A DNA stretch of 64,000 nt from an uncultured Collinsella sp. (GCA_905199605.1 CAJKHC010000009.1:35936-99935), one strand, 5' to 3'. Shown: positions 9,630 through 19,779, counted from the stretch's first letter. Notes: generated by a model from the sequence alone, not told the origin. Made by a program: numbers and translations.

Positions 9630-10643
9630 TTACGCCATCGGGATGCGGTCGTGGTTGACTTGGCTGTAGAACAGGCGCTGAATCTCGGCCGCATCACGTG
9701 ACTGGCCGAGTGCCCACATGGTTTTGGCCACGAGCGTCTCGGTGGTCATGTCGTCGCCGCGCAAAATGCCCGGATGATCGGCGTAGGCACGGCCGACCTC
9801 ATAAACACCCAGGTCAAGGCCCTCTTCGGGGACCTGCGTGGTCATAACGACGGTGCGGCCCGAATCGACCCAGCGGAAAATCGCCTCTTGGAACGACTCG
9901 CCCGACTCGCCAAACTCGGGGATACCGCCAATGCCAAAGGTCTCAAGGATTACAGCGTCGTAGCTATCGGCAAGGGCGTCGAGGATGCCCGGGTTTACGC
10001 CGGGCGTGAGCTTGAGTACAAATACGCGCGGGTCGATGCTGTCGTAGAAACGCACCGGGTTTTCGCCCTGATGCGTGCCGTGAAGCCCGTTGCGCACGAT
10101 GCGGTCGTTGCGGATATAGGCGATGGGCGGATAGTTGACGCTAATGAACGCGTTAAAGCTCATGGTGCGCTGTTTGCGGGCGCGCGTACCGGCAATGGCT
10201 ACGCCGCCAAACACGATCGAGACGTCGTGCGAGTGCTCGTCGAGCGCATAGAGCAGGCTCTGGTACAGGTTGAGCTTGGCGTCGGTAAATGGATTGCCCA
10301 TGGGCTTTTGCGAGCCGGTGAGCACGATGGGCTTGGGGCTGTCCTGAATCAGGTAGGAAAGCGCTGCCGCGGTGTAGCTCATGGTGTCGGTGCCGTGCAG
10401 AATCACGAAGCCGTCGTGGTCGGCATAACCCTCGACGATGACGTCGCGGATACGCATCCAGTCGCTCGGGCGCATATTGGTGCTGTCGATGTTCATGGGC
10501 TGCACGACGTCGAGCTCGCAGAGGCCCGAGATCTCGGGGACGCTCTGGGCGAGCTCCTCACCGGTCAGGGCGGGGGAGAGGCCGTTGCCGTCCTCGGTCG
10601 ATGCGATGGTGCCGCCCGTGGCGATGAGAAGGATGCGCTTCAT
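9630..10643 (-). CDS. ansA: L-asparaginase, type I
   Basis: IATGGTIAS, IDSTNM, HGTDTMSY, VLTGSQ motifs; no signal peptide. Confidence 0.92.
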   Translation of the reverse strand: MKRILLIATGGTIASTEDGNGLSPALTGEELAQSVPEISGLCELDVVQPMNIDSTNMRPSDWMRIRDVIVEGYADHDGFVILHGTDTMSYTAAALSYLIQDSPKPIVLTGSQKPMGNPFTDAKLNLYQSLLYALDEHSHDVSIVFGGVAIAGTRARKQRTMSFNAFISVNYPPIAYIRNDRIVRNGLHGTHQGENPVRFYDSIDPRVFVLKLTPGVNPGILDALADSYDAVILETFGIGGIPEFGESGESFQEAIFRWVDSGRTVVMTTQVPEEGLDLGVYEVGRAYADHPGILRGDDMTTETLVAKTMWALGQSRDAAEIQRLFYSQVNHDRIPMA

Positions 10644-10911
10644 GCTGGTATTCCTATCGTATTTGCCGCCGCAGAGGCGGAGTCGTTCGGCAGTATTGTG
10701 GCACAGGGCGTCCGATGTTCAAACGTATTACATCATCTGTAACGTTTGGTAACACTTCAATTGGAGCCAAATAGGGGCCCAGGTCGTGCGTTTGCCGTGC
10801 GCTGATGGCTGCGAGGGACGAGAAACCCCATATAACGTGTACACTATGAAAGTTATTTTCGTTCATTCACGCGGGTGGGCACCGGCTCCCCGCCAACAAG
10901 AGGGGGAAACC

Positions 10912-12510
10912 ATGGATCAAAAGGCTTCCGCAAAGGTCCTCGTACTCGACTTTGGTGCGCAGTACGGTCAGCTCATTGCCCGTCGCGTCCGCGACCTCAA
11001 CGTGTATTCCGAGATCGTTCCCTGCGACATCTCGGCCGATGAGATTCGCGAGATGAACGCCTCTGCGCTCATCCTTTCTGGCGGCCCGGCCTCCGTGTAC
11101 GCCGAGGACGCTCCGTCCATCGACCCCGCCATCTTTGACCTGGGCCTTCCCGTCCTGGGCTTTTGCTACGGTCATCAGATTACGGCCGTGACGCTCGGCG
11201 GCAAGGTCGGCCACTCCGAGGTGGGCGAGTACGGCCGCGCTACCATCACGCGTACGGCCGGCGCCAAGCTCTTTAACTCCACGCCTATGGAGCAGACCGT
11301 GTGGATGAGCCACCGCGACGCCGTGTCCGAGGTGCCCGAGGGCTTTACCGTTACCGCCAGCACCGACGTGTGCCCGGTTGCCGCCATGGAGTGCGTCGAG
11401 CGCAAGATCTTCACCACGCAGTTCCACCCCGAGGTCAAGCACTCCGAGTATGGTCAGCAGCTGCTGAGCAACTTCCTGTTTGAGATCTGCGGCCTGGAGC
11501 CCAACTGGAGCATGGACAACCTGGTCGAGACCATGACGGCTGAGTTCCGCGAGAAGGTTGGCGACGACCGCGTGATTCTGGCCCTGTCCGGTGGCGTCGA
11601 CTCCTCCGTCGTGGCTGCGCTGGGCGCCCGCGCCGTGGGCAAGCAGATGACCTGCGTGTTCATCAACCACGGTCTGCTGCGCAAGGGTGAGCCCGAGCAG
11701 GTGGAGGAGGTCTTCACCAAGCAGTTTGACGTCGACTTTATCCACGTCCACGCCGAGGACCGTTATGCCGAGCTTCTGGCCGGCGTGACCGAGCCCGAGG
11801 AGAAGCGCCGCATCATCGGCACGCAGTTCTGGAAAGAGTTCTTCGCCGTGGCGCAGCAGCTCGAGTGCGACGGCAAGCCGGTCAAGTACTTGGCTCAGGG
11901 CACCATCTACCCCGACATCATCGAGTCCGGCGCTCGCAAGACGGGCGGCAAGACGGCCACCATCAAGAGCCATCACAACCTGATCCCGTTCCCCGAGGGC
12001 GTGCACTTCGACCTTATTGAGCCGCTCGATCACTTCTTTAAGGACGAGGTCCGCGCGCTTGGCCTTGCGCTCGGCCTGCCGGGCCACATCGTGTTCCGCC
12101 AGCCCTTCCCGGGCCCGGGCCTTGCCATCCGCATCATCGGCGCGGTCGACAAGGAGAAGCTCGAGATCCTCAAAAACGCCGACGCCATCGTGCGCGAGGA
12201 GCTCGACACCTACAATCAGCGTCTGTTTGAGCAGACCGGTGAGCGCAACTCCGAGCACAGCTGCTGGCAGTATTTTGCGGTCCTGCCCGACATCAAGTCC
12301 GTTGGCGTTATGGGCGACGAGCGCACCTATCAGCGCCCGATCATCTTGCGCGCCGTGGAGTCCAGCGACGCCATGACCGCCGACTGGGCCAAGCTGCCCT
12401 ACGACGTCCTGGCCCGCATCTCCGGCCGCATCGTTGCCGAGGTCCCTGGCGCCAACCGCGTCTGCTACGACATTACGTCCAAGCCGCCCGCGACCATCGA
12501 GTGGGAATAG
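10912..12510 (+). CDS. guaA: GMP synthase (glutamine-hydrolysing)
   Basis: LDFGAQYGQLIARR, SGGP, GFCYG, FHPEV, LSGGVDSSV, KSHHN, RQPFPGPGL, KPPATIEWE. Confidence 0.97.
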   Translation: MDQKASAKVLVLDFGAQYGQLIARRVRDLNVYSEIVPCDISADEIREMNASALILSGGPASVYAEDAPSIDPAIFDLGLPVLGFCYGHQITAVTLGGKVGHSEVGEYGRATITRTAGAKLFNSTPMEQTVWMSHRDAVSEVPEGFTVTASTDVCPVAAMECVERKIFTTQFHPEVKHSEYGQQLLSNFLFEICGLEPNWSMDNLVETMTAEFREKVGDDRVILALSGGVDSSVVAALGARAVGKQMTCVFINHGLLRKGEPEQVEEVFTKQFDVDFIHVHAEDRYAELLAGVTEPEEKRRIIGTQFWKEFFAVAQQLECDGKPVKYLAQGTIYPDIIESGARKTGGKTATIKSHHNLIPFPEGVHFDLIEPLDHFFKDEVRALGLALGLPGHIVFRQPFPGPGLAIRIIGAVDKEKLEILKNADAIVREELDTYNQRLFEQTGERNSEHSCWQYFAVLPDIKSVGVMGDERTYQRPIILRAVESSDAMTADWAKLPYDVLARISGRIVAEVPGANRVCYDITSKPPATIEWE

Positions 12511-12585
12511 AACAGACGTTCGATAAAATAATATAGTATCAGATAGCGGGCATGGTTTCAATCGAATCCGTGCCCGCTGCTGTAT
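12494..12585 (+). repeat. guaA 3' att-like core + LexA-like box + hairpin (copy 1)
   Basis: CCATCGAGTGGGAATAG, then GAACAGACGTTC (GAAC-N4-GTTC), then hairpin GCGGGCATGG...CCGTGCCCGC. Confidence 0.7.
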
Positions 12586-12664
12586 GCGTGTCCTTGCACG
12601 CCCAATATGCGCCGTAAAAGCCGTCTTCTTCAACGTCAAAGTGAATGCGCTTCAATTTTGCCTC

Positions 12665-13494
12665 TCAAAATGCTATTTTCACGATTTGCATTTTCATCCC
12701 GTTGTCACCGACCCTTGCGAGAAACCGGAAAAAGCCGCTGACAGAAGGGTCTCTCAAATCGCTGTAACCCAACATATAGCCGCGACTTGTGACCTTCAGA
12801 CGGCTGTCCCACGTGCCGATTTCCTTGGCGGCATCCGAAACCGCAAAATATGCCCTCACATCCTTGATTTTTGCAGTCTTAAGCCATGTTTTTGCGATCA
12901 TCTTTACTGCCGTCCGATTGGCAGCATCAAAGACCAGCACGCCGCCGGGGAAAGCGTCCGTCATCCCCCGCACCAGTTCCCGGACCTGCTGGGTCAGAAA
13001 GTAATAGAACACCCCGGAGGCAAAGAACACCGCCCCGCCGGAGGCATCGACTTTGCCGAACCATGCGGTGTCTTTCAGGTCGCAGGGGATATTTTGTTCC
13101 CGATCCCCGGCGGGCAGTAGCTGCTGCCGCAAGGCAATTACATCCGGGAGGTCCAGATTGTAGATTTTGCATCTACCGTTGTCGCAGGTTCTGCCGGTGT
13201 TGTCCAGCCCGCAGCCCAGATTGACCACCGCCGCATTGGGGTGGCCTTTCAGGTAATCCCGCACCTCGAAAGCAAGGTCACCCTGCCGCATGGCCACTTC
13301 CAGCGCACCGAAGCGCTGCATCAGGCTGCGGGGGTTTTCTCTGCCTCTGAAAAGTCGTAGTCGATCTGGTCGAGCAGACGAACCGCTGTTTCATCCCTGT
13401 AAAGGTTCGGGTACAGCTCCGTACACAGCTTCCGGGAATACAGCGGGAGGATCAGCGTCTCCTGCACGGTGTTTTTCTCAATTTTACATTTCAT
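12665..13494 (-). pseudogene. Class I SAM-dependent methyltransferase (LCM/TcmP-like), frameshifted
   Basis: MKCKIEKNTVQETLILPLYSR... joins MQRFGALEV/VVNLGCGLD only via a 1-nt frameshift near the A/C runs at about 13331-13338; total length 830 nt is not a multiple of 3. Confidence 0.75.
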
Positions 13495-13609
13495 AGGTTC
13501 CTTCCTCAGTGAATAAAAGCTGTCATAATTGCCGCCAGCGCAGCCGCTATGGCCGTCATGCCTATCACCATGTGCAGAATGGATGCAAAAATGCCCGTGC
13601 TCGATGCCC

Positions 13610-14215
13610 TTACTTCCGCGCCGTGACGCAGAGCCACCTTTTCTTTTTGCGTATCTGCACCTCGTGAAAACCCGCCTGCTCCAGACACGCCTTCAATTCA
13701 ATGTCCTTGTAGATGGTCATGCCGCCGATGATCCGCGTCCACCTCTCGTCCTTGTCCGTATCGCCATTGCTCTCGTTGCAGATAAGAATTGTCCCACCTG
13801 GCTTCAGCGTCCGCCAGGCCTCACAGAAGCATCGGGGCAAATCAGGCCAAAAATAGACGGTCTCAAAGGCCGTGGCGGCATCGAAGCAGCTATCCTCAAA
13901 CGCCATATCCGCCACACTGCCTTGCAGAACGGCGCAACGCCCCTCCTGAATTGCAGTTCGGTTGAGCTTTCTAGCCTTCTCCACGCTGACGGACGAATAG
14001 TCGATGCCCTTGACGACGCCATGCGGACATTTTTCCAGCAGCCGTTTTATGTTCGCCCCGCCGCCGCAGCCGCAATCCAGCACCTTGGCGTTTGGCGCAA
14101 GTCGTAGAAATCGAAGTCCCCACCGCGCCACAGGGCCGTGGCCTAGATTCATCATGGCAACCATAAGTTTTCCGCCGAGGCCCACGGGCTTGCGGGTGTT
14201 TTCAAAGAACGACAT
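13610..14215 (-). CDS. Class I SAM-dependent methyltransferase
   Basis: VLDCGCGGG, GIDYS, AFETVYFWPD, LKPGG; GGAGG RBS. Confidence 0.9.
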   Translation of the reverse strand: MSFFENTRKPVGLGGKLMVAMMNLGHGPVARWGLRFLRLAPNAKVLDCGCGGGANIKRLLEKCPHGVVKGIDYSSVSVEKARKLNRTAIQEGRCAVLQGSVADMAFEDSCFDAATAFETVYFWPDLPRCFCEAWRTLKPGGTILICNESNGDTDKDERWTRIIGGMTIYKDIELKACLEQAGFHEVQIRKKKRWLCVTARK

Positions 14216-14831
14216 CTGGCCCCTCCGATTTCGTGCATTCCGCATAGGTCAACGGGAACGAGGCCTTCAGCACCGCGCTTTTCTGCACCGCCCAGCCGTT
14301 TTGACGCAGGAAACGCAGGTATTCCTCGCTTGTCCACCTGCTGTGGAGGGGGAATCCCGCAATACTCATGAAAAAGGCTTTTGCCTTGCCGGAAACCGAG
14401 TTCTCCGCGTGGGTGAAGGTTGGCGCGATGAGCACGCCGTCGTCCTTCAGCACCCGCCTGATTTCTTGCAGGGCCTTTTCCGGATGCGGCACTATGTGAA
14501 GCGCGTTGGACGCGATCACCACTTCGAAGGACTTCTGTGCATAGGGCAAGCGGAACATATCTTGTACGGAAAAGTGCAGCTTTGCGGATTGATTGCCCCG
14601 CTTTGCTTCAAGGATCATCTTTGCAGAGGCGTCCGTAGCCTCGATGTGCGCCGCCGCATCCACGACGCTCTTTGCGATAAGCCCCGTGCCGGTGGCAACC
14701 TCCAGCACGGTCTTTGCTTTCACCACCGGCCGGATCAGCCCATACATCTTCTCATACGCCACCCGGTCCTTTCGCATGAAACGGTCGTACCGACCGGCAT
14801 TCCTGTCCCAGAAGCCCTTGCGTTCGTGCAT
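14202..14831 (-). CDS. Class I SAM-dependent methyltransferase
   Basis: VLEVATGTG, ATDAS, NALHIV, RVLKDDG. Confidence 0.9.
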   Translation of the reverse strand: MHERKGFWDRNAGRYDRFMRKDRVAYEKMYGLIRPVVKAKTVLEVATGTGLIAKSVVDAAAHIEATDASAKMILEAKRGNQSAKLHFSVQDMFRLPYAQKSFEVVIASNALHIVPHPEKALQEIRRVLKDDGVLIAPTFTHAENSVSGKAKAFFMSIAGFPLHSRWTSEEYLRFLRQNGWAVQKSAVLKASFPLTYAECTKSEGPDVVL

Positions 14832-14847
14832 CGCTATCGCCCCCAAT

Positions 14848-14867
14848 CAGTTAGAGCTAGCTAACTG
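14848..14867. promoter_or_regulatory. Palindromic operator candidate upstream of the methyltransferase operon
   Basis: CAGTTAG-N6-CTAACTG. Confidence 0.5.
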
Positions 14868-15515
14868 TAGCGCATAAATCGCGCAGTAAGGGAAGACCAA
14901 CTTCAATTTCTCGACAAAGACGTATCTCTTCGGCTTTCGCTTATAACGGCGCGAGTCAGATACTAGGCTGGAGCTGAAGAAGGAGCTTGGCGGACAGGTA
15001 GGTCGATACTGGTTCCCGGAACGGTAATCCAGCCAATTACAGCAGGGCTCTAGTCATGCAGGCAAACCCAATCCATGACGGGAAATAGGTCCTATTCTCC
15101 AGCTCGACGTCTTTCGCGGGCGACGGGTTAATGTGGCTGGCGGGATTCCCCGCACGAAGCCGTTGTCGCCACTGCCTCCAGGCGCGGTTCCCTCGGCAAG
15201 ACGAGCAACTACGAAGCCGTGCTCGGCGAGGTCGGAAGATCCGATATGATGCGGGCATCTGGTCCTCTTACGTCTCGGCATCGCCCTATGCGGAAGGCGT
15301 CGATTTCGAAGAGGCGGTCGATTCGGCCATCGAGCTCGCAAGGCTTTCGGAGCTTGACGATTTGGACTGATGGAGGCGAGAAGTCCCCCACCACGCCAAT
15401 ACCAGACGATTGCGCTATAGGCATCTCTCCGACCCTTTGAATCACCCCTTTTCACGCCACCCGCTACGAACCCCGGCGGAAACCAAGGAGTGATTAAAGG
15501 AGCGACCTGCGGTTT

Positions 15516-15590
15516 CGCGAATCAATTGAGTCATTCCCGAAATCGCGAATCAAGGGGCTGATTCGCCCAAGTTGCGCGCGAATCAGCCCT
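15516..15590. repeat. CGCGAATCA repeats and inverted repeat (possible integrase arm-type sites)
   Basis: CGCGAATCA at 15516, 15544 and 15577; GGGCTGATTCGC/GCGAATCAGCCC inverted pair, shortly before an att-like core. Confidence 0.5.
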
Positions 15591-15642
15591 TAGGCGGTAC
15601 GACGCGACTCGCATCTGCAGCACCCGTACTGGATCAGTCACT

Positions 15643-15730
15643 GAGTGGGAATAGAACATACGTTCTGTATAACGTTATAGCACCAGGCAGCAGGCGCAGT
15701 TTCAATCGAAGCAACGCCTGCTGCTATATA
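15643..15730 (+). repeat. guaA 3' att-like core + LexA-like box + hairpin (copy 2)
   Basis: GAGTGGGAATAGAACATACGTTC...GCAGCAGGCG...GTTTCAATCGAA...CGCCTGCTGC, colinear with 12499-12585. Confidence 0.75.
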
Positions 15731-15748
15731 TACTGGTCGATGGCGGTA

Positions 15749-16168
15749 TCAATGCCCGCGGTGCTTCTGCTTGCGCTTCAACTTCCGCTGCTCGAAGCGC
15801 GCCTCCACCTCATCCGCGCGACGCTGACTTCTTGCTTGAGCCGACTCCCGCTTCATCGCTTCCCGCTGTGCCGCGAGCGCCTGTTGTGCCTTGGTGCTCA
15901 CCGCGGGCCGTTTAAGGGCTTTCGCTGCCTCGCGAGCGCGCCGCTTGGGGTTCTTCGCGGGCTTGCTTGTTTCAGTAGCCTTGTCGCCGAAGAACGAGAG
16001 CTTCTCCCATTCGCTAGTAACGAATCGCAGGATCTCCTCATCGGACGGCTCTGCGCCGAAGACGATGCGGGCGACGCCGTACCTTCCGTCCTCGACATGC
16101 TCCGCCAGCCCGACCCAGAATTGGCCGTCGTGATATACGGTCAGGGTGGACGACACGCTGATCTGCAT
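15749..16168 (-). CDS. yjdF: YjdF family protein (DUF2992)
   Basis: LTVYHDGQFWVG, FGAEPSDEE, NPKR, STKAQQAL, KQKHRGH; AAAGGAGG RBS. Confidence 0.9.
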   Translation of the reverse strand: MQISVSSTLTVYHDGQFWVGLAEHVEDGRYGVARIVFGAEPSDEEILRFVTSEWEKLSFFGDKATETSKPAKNPKRRAREAAKALKRPAVSTKAQQALAAQREAMKRESAQARSQRRADEVEARFEQRKLKRKQKHRGH

Positions 16169-16192
16169 GGTTGGTTCCTCCTTTATGTAGAT

Positions 16193-16293
16193 GACCATGC
16201 AGAGAAGGGACAACCAAGGAGGCAGGTTACTGATGCGGACTCCCGCACGCCCACGACTACCCGACGGGGACTGTGTTTTCATCTCTGATGGCC
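16193..16293 (-). ncRNA. yjdF riboswitch
   Basis: AAAACAC...GGUAGUC...UCAGUAACCUGCCUCCUUGGUUGUCC with closing stem GGCCAU-CAGAGA/UCUCUG-C-AUGGUC, directly upstream of yjdF; TACAAT -10 at 16296-16301. Confidence 0.85.
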
Positions 16294-16473
16294 GCATTGT
16301 AGCACGCGCGGATTTACGATGTTGATCGCCGGCGCCTAGGCGGAGATGAAGGCGGTTCGATCTAGGTCAAGCCGGTCGCTCGTTCATGAAGCGGCCGATT
16401 CCCTGAAAATAAAAGGCGCCCAGGAGGACACCTACAGGCTATCTTCGAACTACTTGGTTTGGGGCAGACGGAG

Positions 16474-16533
16474 GAAAAAATAGGGCAGAATCGCTCTCAC
16501 GATCCCGCCCCGCAAACCCGAGGGTTTCTAACT
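16474..16533 (-). ncRNA. Candidate AbiF-associated small RNA, unit 2
   Basis: AAACC-loop-GGUUU hairpin, then GGGGCGG...CUGCCCU stem and U tract; own promoter-like ATGACA-16-AATAAT. Confidence 0.55.
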
Positions 16534-16604
16534 GGCTCCATTATTCCGGGCTTCTCAGTTCTGTCATTGACCCAGGTATCACCCGTCTCCTATAGCGAGT
16601 GAAT

Positions 16605-16668
16605 ATAAAAATAGGGCAGAGTCGCTTGCGCAAGTCCGCCCCTAAAACCGTGAAGGTTTTGCTATCTG
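16605..16668 (-). ncRNA. Candidate AbiF-associated small RNA (antitoxin), unit 1
   Basis: AAAACC-UUCAC-GGUUUU hairpin, then GGGGCGGA...UCUGCCCU stem and AUUUUU; promoter TTGACA-16-TAGAAT in the abi 3' end. Confidence 0.65.
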
Positions 16669-16672
16669 CAGG

Positions 16673-17635
16673 CTATTCTACCAACCCGAGCGATTCTGTC
16701 AACCTGCGAAGGAACTCGAGCGCGGAGCGAGCTGCGGCGTCGGGCCCCTTGTCGGGCAGCGCCTCGGTTTCGCCGTCGGCCCTGGCGAACATCCCGGCGA
16801 GCTCGGATGCGGCGCGCGAGCGCGAGGAGCCCTCGGGTACCAAGCCGGAGTGCGCCACGAGCACGGTCGCGACCTCCTGCATGGCCGTGTTCCCCATCCA
16901 CTTCCTCCTGGTCGCCTTGGGAATTCCCACGGCGGCGACCCTTCGGGAGACGCCGCTGGACGCCGAGCCCCGGGCGGCGCCCCTCTCGGCGAAGCAGTTG
17001 ATCAGGCACGAGCCGTGCGCGGCGCAGTTGCGGACGGACTTCACGCGCTTGAGGTCGTAGTGGGAGGCCTCGAGGCGCCTGTCGCCCCATCGCCTGGCGC
17101 AGAAGCGCACGAAGTCGATGAGGGTGCCGAACGAGGTGAGCTCAAGGAAGGCCCAGGCAGGCATGTCGCCGGAGTACTTCGCGTAGAGGCTCGAGCTGTA
17201 GGGGCTGCGGCCGCTCATCTTGAGCTCGCGCAGGCGGTACTCCCTGTTTGCAGTGGTAAGCGATGCCATGTAGTCGGCCACGATGGCGTAGCCGTCCTCT
17301 CCGCGGTCCTCCATCTCGCGAAGCAGTGTCACCTTCTGGAAATGCTCGATGTCGAGCGTCATGCCGAGCAGGGCGTGGCGCAGCTCCTGGTCGAGCGCCG
17401 CGAGCAGGCGCAGCTGGCCGAAGTCGAGGTCTACGTAGCGGCCGTCGCGCGGGCCTCCCTCGTATTTCGAGAAGAGTTTGCGGTAGGATGCGAGCTTGAA
17501 GAAGTTGCACTTGTCGCGCAGGTAGTCCGCGGCCTCTTCCTCGGAACACAGCTCGAAGGCTACGCCCTTCTGCTTGAGGTGCTCTATCTGCTGCTCGATC
17601 GTGAGGATCGGCTTCCTATCGTGGGGTTCGGCCAT
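16673..17635 (-). CDS. Abi family (Abi_2 / AbiD-AbiF) HEPN protein
   Basis: KPILTIEQQIEHLKQKG start, LDQELR, DIEH, PAWAFLELTSFG, HEPN motif RNCAAH; AGGAG RBS. Confidence 0.9.
   Translation of the reverse strand: MAEPHDRKPILTIEQQIEHLKQKGVAFELCSEEEAADYLRDKCNFFKLASYRKLFSKYEGGPRDGRYVDLDFGQLRLLAALDQELRHALLGMTLDIEHFQKVTLLREMEDRGEDGYAIVADYMASLTTANREYRLRELKMSGRSPYSSSLYAKYSGDMPAWAFLELTSFGTLIDFVRFCARRWGDRRLEASHYDLKRVKSVRNCAAHGSCLINCFAERGAARGSASSGVSRRVAAVGIPKATRRKWMGNTAMQEVATVLVAHSGLVPEGSSRSRAASELAGMFARADGETEALPDKGPDAAARSALEFLRRLTESLGLVE
16675..16702 (-). promoter_or_regulatory. Sigma70-type promoter embedded in the last codons of the abi gene
   Basis: TTGACA gaatcgctcgggttgg TAGAAT (with TGn extension) encodes LTESLGLVE*. 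Confidence 0.75.
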
Positions 17636-17711
17636 GCTCGGTCTCCTGTCATAAAAAGTATTGCCTATTTTACCAGCATGTTCTCGACATTCGATGGAGG
17701 CCTCATCGTCG

Positions 17712-18104
17712 ACTCATGGGCAAGCCGCCTGATACGACTCCCTTTCCCTGTCAGCAGCGCAGTCGCCTGACCTGCGGCTTTGGAATCGCGTTGGAAGCCG
17801 CCCGCGACCAATCATTTGCAGTTGTTGCGAGTGGCTTGCGCGTGATGCTGCGGTTGAGTTTCAGAAACGGGCGATTCCGCCCAATCGGGCACCCGAATCA
17901 CGGCCGGAAGCTCCTTTGGGACAAAAACAAAAACTCAATGCCCTGAGTTTGGAAAAAGTTTTTGAGGTTGTCCCAACTTTTGTCCCCGAAGCCGACGAAA
18001 CGCGACATCGCGGCATTCGGCGGCACGCGTTCCATGTCGATGCCGAAAACTGGATGCAACTGGAATGACGGGACGACAGAACCAAAGCCATCGAGTGGGA
18101 GTAG
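17712..18104 (+). repeat. About 390-bp element right end terminating in a guaA att-like core (copy A)
   Basis: Colinear with 22460-22853; contains TTGGGACAAAA / TTGTCCCAA / TTTTGTCCCC repeats and ends in CCATCGAGTGGGAGTAG. Confidence 0.8.
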
Positions 18105-18193
18105 GACGACAGGGTTCTGACCTGCGATTTTGAGTGCCGCACTATGCCGCTGAGTTTCGTTTCGTACGAGAGTCATGACAAAGCCACCAGCGA

Positions 18194-18280
18194 CGGAGAT
18201 GAGTAAAAGCGATTAAAGAGCCTCCGTTCCCTGCGTTGGGACGGAGGCTCTTTCTTTGCCGTTTTACTCCCTTGTCTCCG
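18194..18280. terminator. Long hairpin / bidirectional terminator downstream of the msr-like gene
   Basis: AAAGAGCCTCCGT...ACGGAGGCTCTTT core extended by GAGTAAAA/TTTTACTC and CGGAGA/TCTCCG. Confidence 0.7.
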
Positions 18281-18312
18281 TTCGGGGATTATTTCCTGCT
18301 CATTTAGGGCTA

Positions 18313-19779
18313 TTAGCGCTGAAAGATTTTGACTAGCTTGGTGTCCTTTATTTCGTAGACAATGTCTGCGACGTTCTCGACCAGCCTCTTATCGTGGGAG
18401 ACGAACACTATCGTTCCGGCATAGGCGCTCATCATCTGCTCGAGGGCTTCGGCGCTCTTGATGTCCAGGTAATTTCCAGGCTCGTCCATGAGCAAGATGT
18501 TGTATCTGCCCAGCAGCATCTTCGCGAGTAGCAGCTTGATGACTTCGCCTCCCGAGAGAACGCCAACGTCCTTTGTCAGGTCGCGCGGTCCGATTCCCAT
18601 AGAGGCGAGGATGCCTCGAATTTCGGTCATGCTGTACTCGCAACCATTCTGCATGAACGAGATCACAGACTGGCGGGCGTCGAACTTGTAACCTGTCTGT
18701 TCGAAGTAGCCGATCTCTGCTTTGGGAGAGATGTTGATACCGTCGGCGCGTCGAACGATTGCCTTCAGCAGGCTGGTCTTTCCTGTGCCGTTGCCACCGG
18801 TGATGGCCACTTTGGCACCGAGCGGTATCTCGAATTTCGCGTGGTCATAGAGCACGCAGTTGCCGAAGCTCAAGCTGAAATCATCTGCCGAGATGGGAAA
18901 TTTGCTGTGCAGTTCCAGGGCCTTGCTCTGGCGGAAGCGCACGGCGCGAATGCTATCTGGGGCCTCGATCCCTTCGAGCGCTTCGAGGCGCTTCTCCATG
19001 TTCTTAGCTGCCTGATGCATTTTCTTCTGCTTGGTGCCGGTTGTTTTCTGATGCCCCAAGCGACCTGCATACTCGTTGCTTTTTTTCGCACCCTTCCGCT
19101 TGGCGTCGACCTGCCGTGCTTTTTTCCGCTGTTTTTCGATGGCGGCTTCGAGGCGATCGCGCTCGCGCATCGCCTCTTCGTATCGAGTCGCCTGAGCTTT
19201 GCGCTCTTCTTCTTTCTGTCGCAGATAGTCGGAGTAGTCACCCCAGAATTCGGAAATACCGCCGTCTTTGAGCTCCCAGATCTTGTCTACCACCTGGTCG
19301 AGAAAATGACGGTCATGGCTCACGATGAGCAGGGCCCCATCAAATGCCTTGAGCTGTCCGACGAGAAGGCGGATGCCGTCTTGGTCGAGGTGGCTCGTAG
19401 GCTCGTCGGCGAAGATCGCGCTTGCATGCTGGGAGAGCGCAGAGGCAATCTTGGCGCGTGTTTCCTCCCCGCCGCTCATCGTCTCCTGCGCCACTTCGGC
19501 GACGTTGAGACGGGAGAGCATCTCGCCGTTGTCCTGAGCCGCATCAAGGTCGAGTTCGTCGAGCTGGCCGATGAGGGCAATGCTGCCGAAGCGCCTGACG
19601 TCGGCGTCCGCAATGGTTAGATTGCCGCCCAGGATTTTTAGCAGGCTGGTTTTGCCTGCACCGTTGTCTCCTACCAAGCCGATGCGATCGTAGGGGTAGA
19701 TTTCCAATTCTTCGATGTCCAGAATATCGCGGCCGGCATATTCCAAAAAGATGTCTTTAGCTTTGACTATGAGTTCCAT
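18313..19779 (-). CDS. Msr-family ABC-F ribosomal protection protein (Msr(E)/Msr(D)-like)
   Basis: 488 aa; [72 protein letters not shown] closely recall Msr(E)/Msr(D). Confidence 0.9.
   Translation of the reverse strand: MELIVKAKDIFLEYAGRDILDIEELEIYPYDRIGLVGDNGAGKTSLLKILGGNLTIADADVRRFGSIALIGQLDELDLDAAQDNGEMLSRLNVAEVAQETMSGGEETRAKIASALSQHASAIFADEPTSHLDQDGIRLLVGQLKAFDGALLIVSHDRHFLDQVVDKIWELKDGGISEFWGDYSDYLRQKEEERKAQATRYEEAMRERDRLEAAIEKQRKKARQVDAKRKGAKKSNEYAGRLGHQKTTGTKQKKMHQAAKNMEKRLEALEGIEAPDSIRAVRFRQSKALELHSKFPISADDFSLSFGNCVLYDHAKFEIPLGAKVAITGGNGTGKTSLLKAIVRRADGINISPKAEIGYFEQTGYKFDARQSVISFMQNGCEYSMTEIRGILASMGIGPRDLTKDVGVLSGGEVIKLLLAKMLLGRYNILLMDEPGNYLDIKSAEALEQMMSAYAGTIVFVSHDKRLVENVADIVYEIKDTKLVKIFQR

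Noticed and set aside
14900..15450. Short ORFs between the methyltransferases and the second att core
   Set aside because: No recognisable motifs or convincing RBS; probably decayed sequence
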